Below, piece after piece: positions 63,589 through 64,000 of a DNA stretch of 64,000 nt. The DNA comes from Ophelia neglecta. Taxonomy: Eukaryota. Made by a program: the position numbers and the translations under genes. Numbering within the stretch: position 1 is the stretch's first letter; every line of letters starts with the position of its first letter. The notes beneath the pieces are model-generated. The model ran no database searches. It saw only the letters and a list, made by a program, of their open reading frames with translations, and was not told the DNA's origin. The DNA lies in assembly GCA_965285935.1 (NCBI GenBank), contig OZ260663.1:66216001-66280000 (forward strand), given 5' to 3'.

Positions 63589-64000
63589 CTAAAAGAAAAA
63601 GCAAGTTAATACCCGACAGACAAGGCAACAACTTTAAACAATAATTGTCCATTAAATCAGTCCAAAAACATCCGAACAACTGCCACAGGATCACACGCAT
63701 TAATACATGAATCGCCAGTGGCAAAACAATAATCAACTTATAATTAAACTAATATAAAAAAAACATATAAAATTAATATTACTAGTAGAAAATCGAATAT
63801 TTTTCTATGAATTTCGATAACAAAGCGTGAATTTGATGCTTATTTGTCATGTTTGTGCTATTTCGCAACTATGGGTTCAATGTTAGTAAAGCATACCAGA
63901 ATCCTCAAGCAAATGCCCATTCACGCTGAAGTCTACAGTTCCAAATTCAAGTGTATTACCAGACAAAACGGTCAACTCGTTAGCTTCTAAGTCATTGTTA

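Noticed and set aside
1-64000. Prokaryotic defence system, operon or intact autonomous transposon
   Set aside because: No long intronless ORFs; all coding signal is explained by spliced animal genes or decayed TE fragments.

Overview
This is AT-rich (~35-37% GC, by eye) animal genomic DNA with short GT-AG introns, probably from a marine invertebrate; it is not prokaryotic. Four spliced genes were rebuilt by hand from splice sites and reading-frame phase. (1) A TRPM-family cation channel on the minus strand (exons 49-7655; the 3' end runs off the window; no N-terminal MHR1-3 exons are recognisable). (2) A complete 10-exon SLC7/LAT-type amino-acid transporter light chain (+, 15505-22473, 482 aa). 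(3) An SMPDL3-type phosphodiesterase with 5 coding exons, a signal peptide and a GPI-like tail (+, 37230-40847, 478 aa). (4) A very large single-pass mucin-like/EGF protein (-, 43623 to at least 63588) with architecture CARDB-like x2, EGF x4, TSP1, EGF x3, NIDO, AMOP, VWD, ~20 EGF, TSP1, SEA-like region with a furin site, TM and an acidic tail. Introns and the 14-kb gap at 22.8-37.2 kb carry decayed LINE fragments, several MITEs and short tandem repeats. No CRISPR array, rRNA or convincing tRNA was seen. The most interesting points are the bacterial-type CARDB modules and the GDPH-less VWD plus furin site in the giant membrane protein, the apparently N-terminally truncated TRPM, a frame-preserving Ser/Asp/His repeat ORF, two intronic hairpins in the SLC7 pre-mRNA, and tandem AARE-like motifs upstream of SLC7. 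All assignments come from motif recognition, not database searches.
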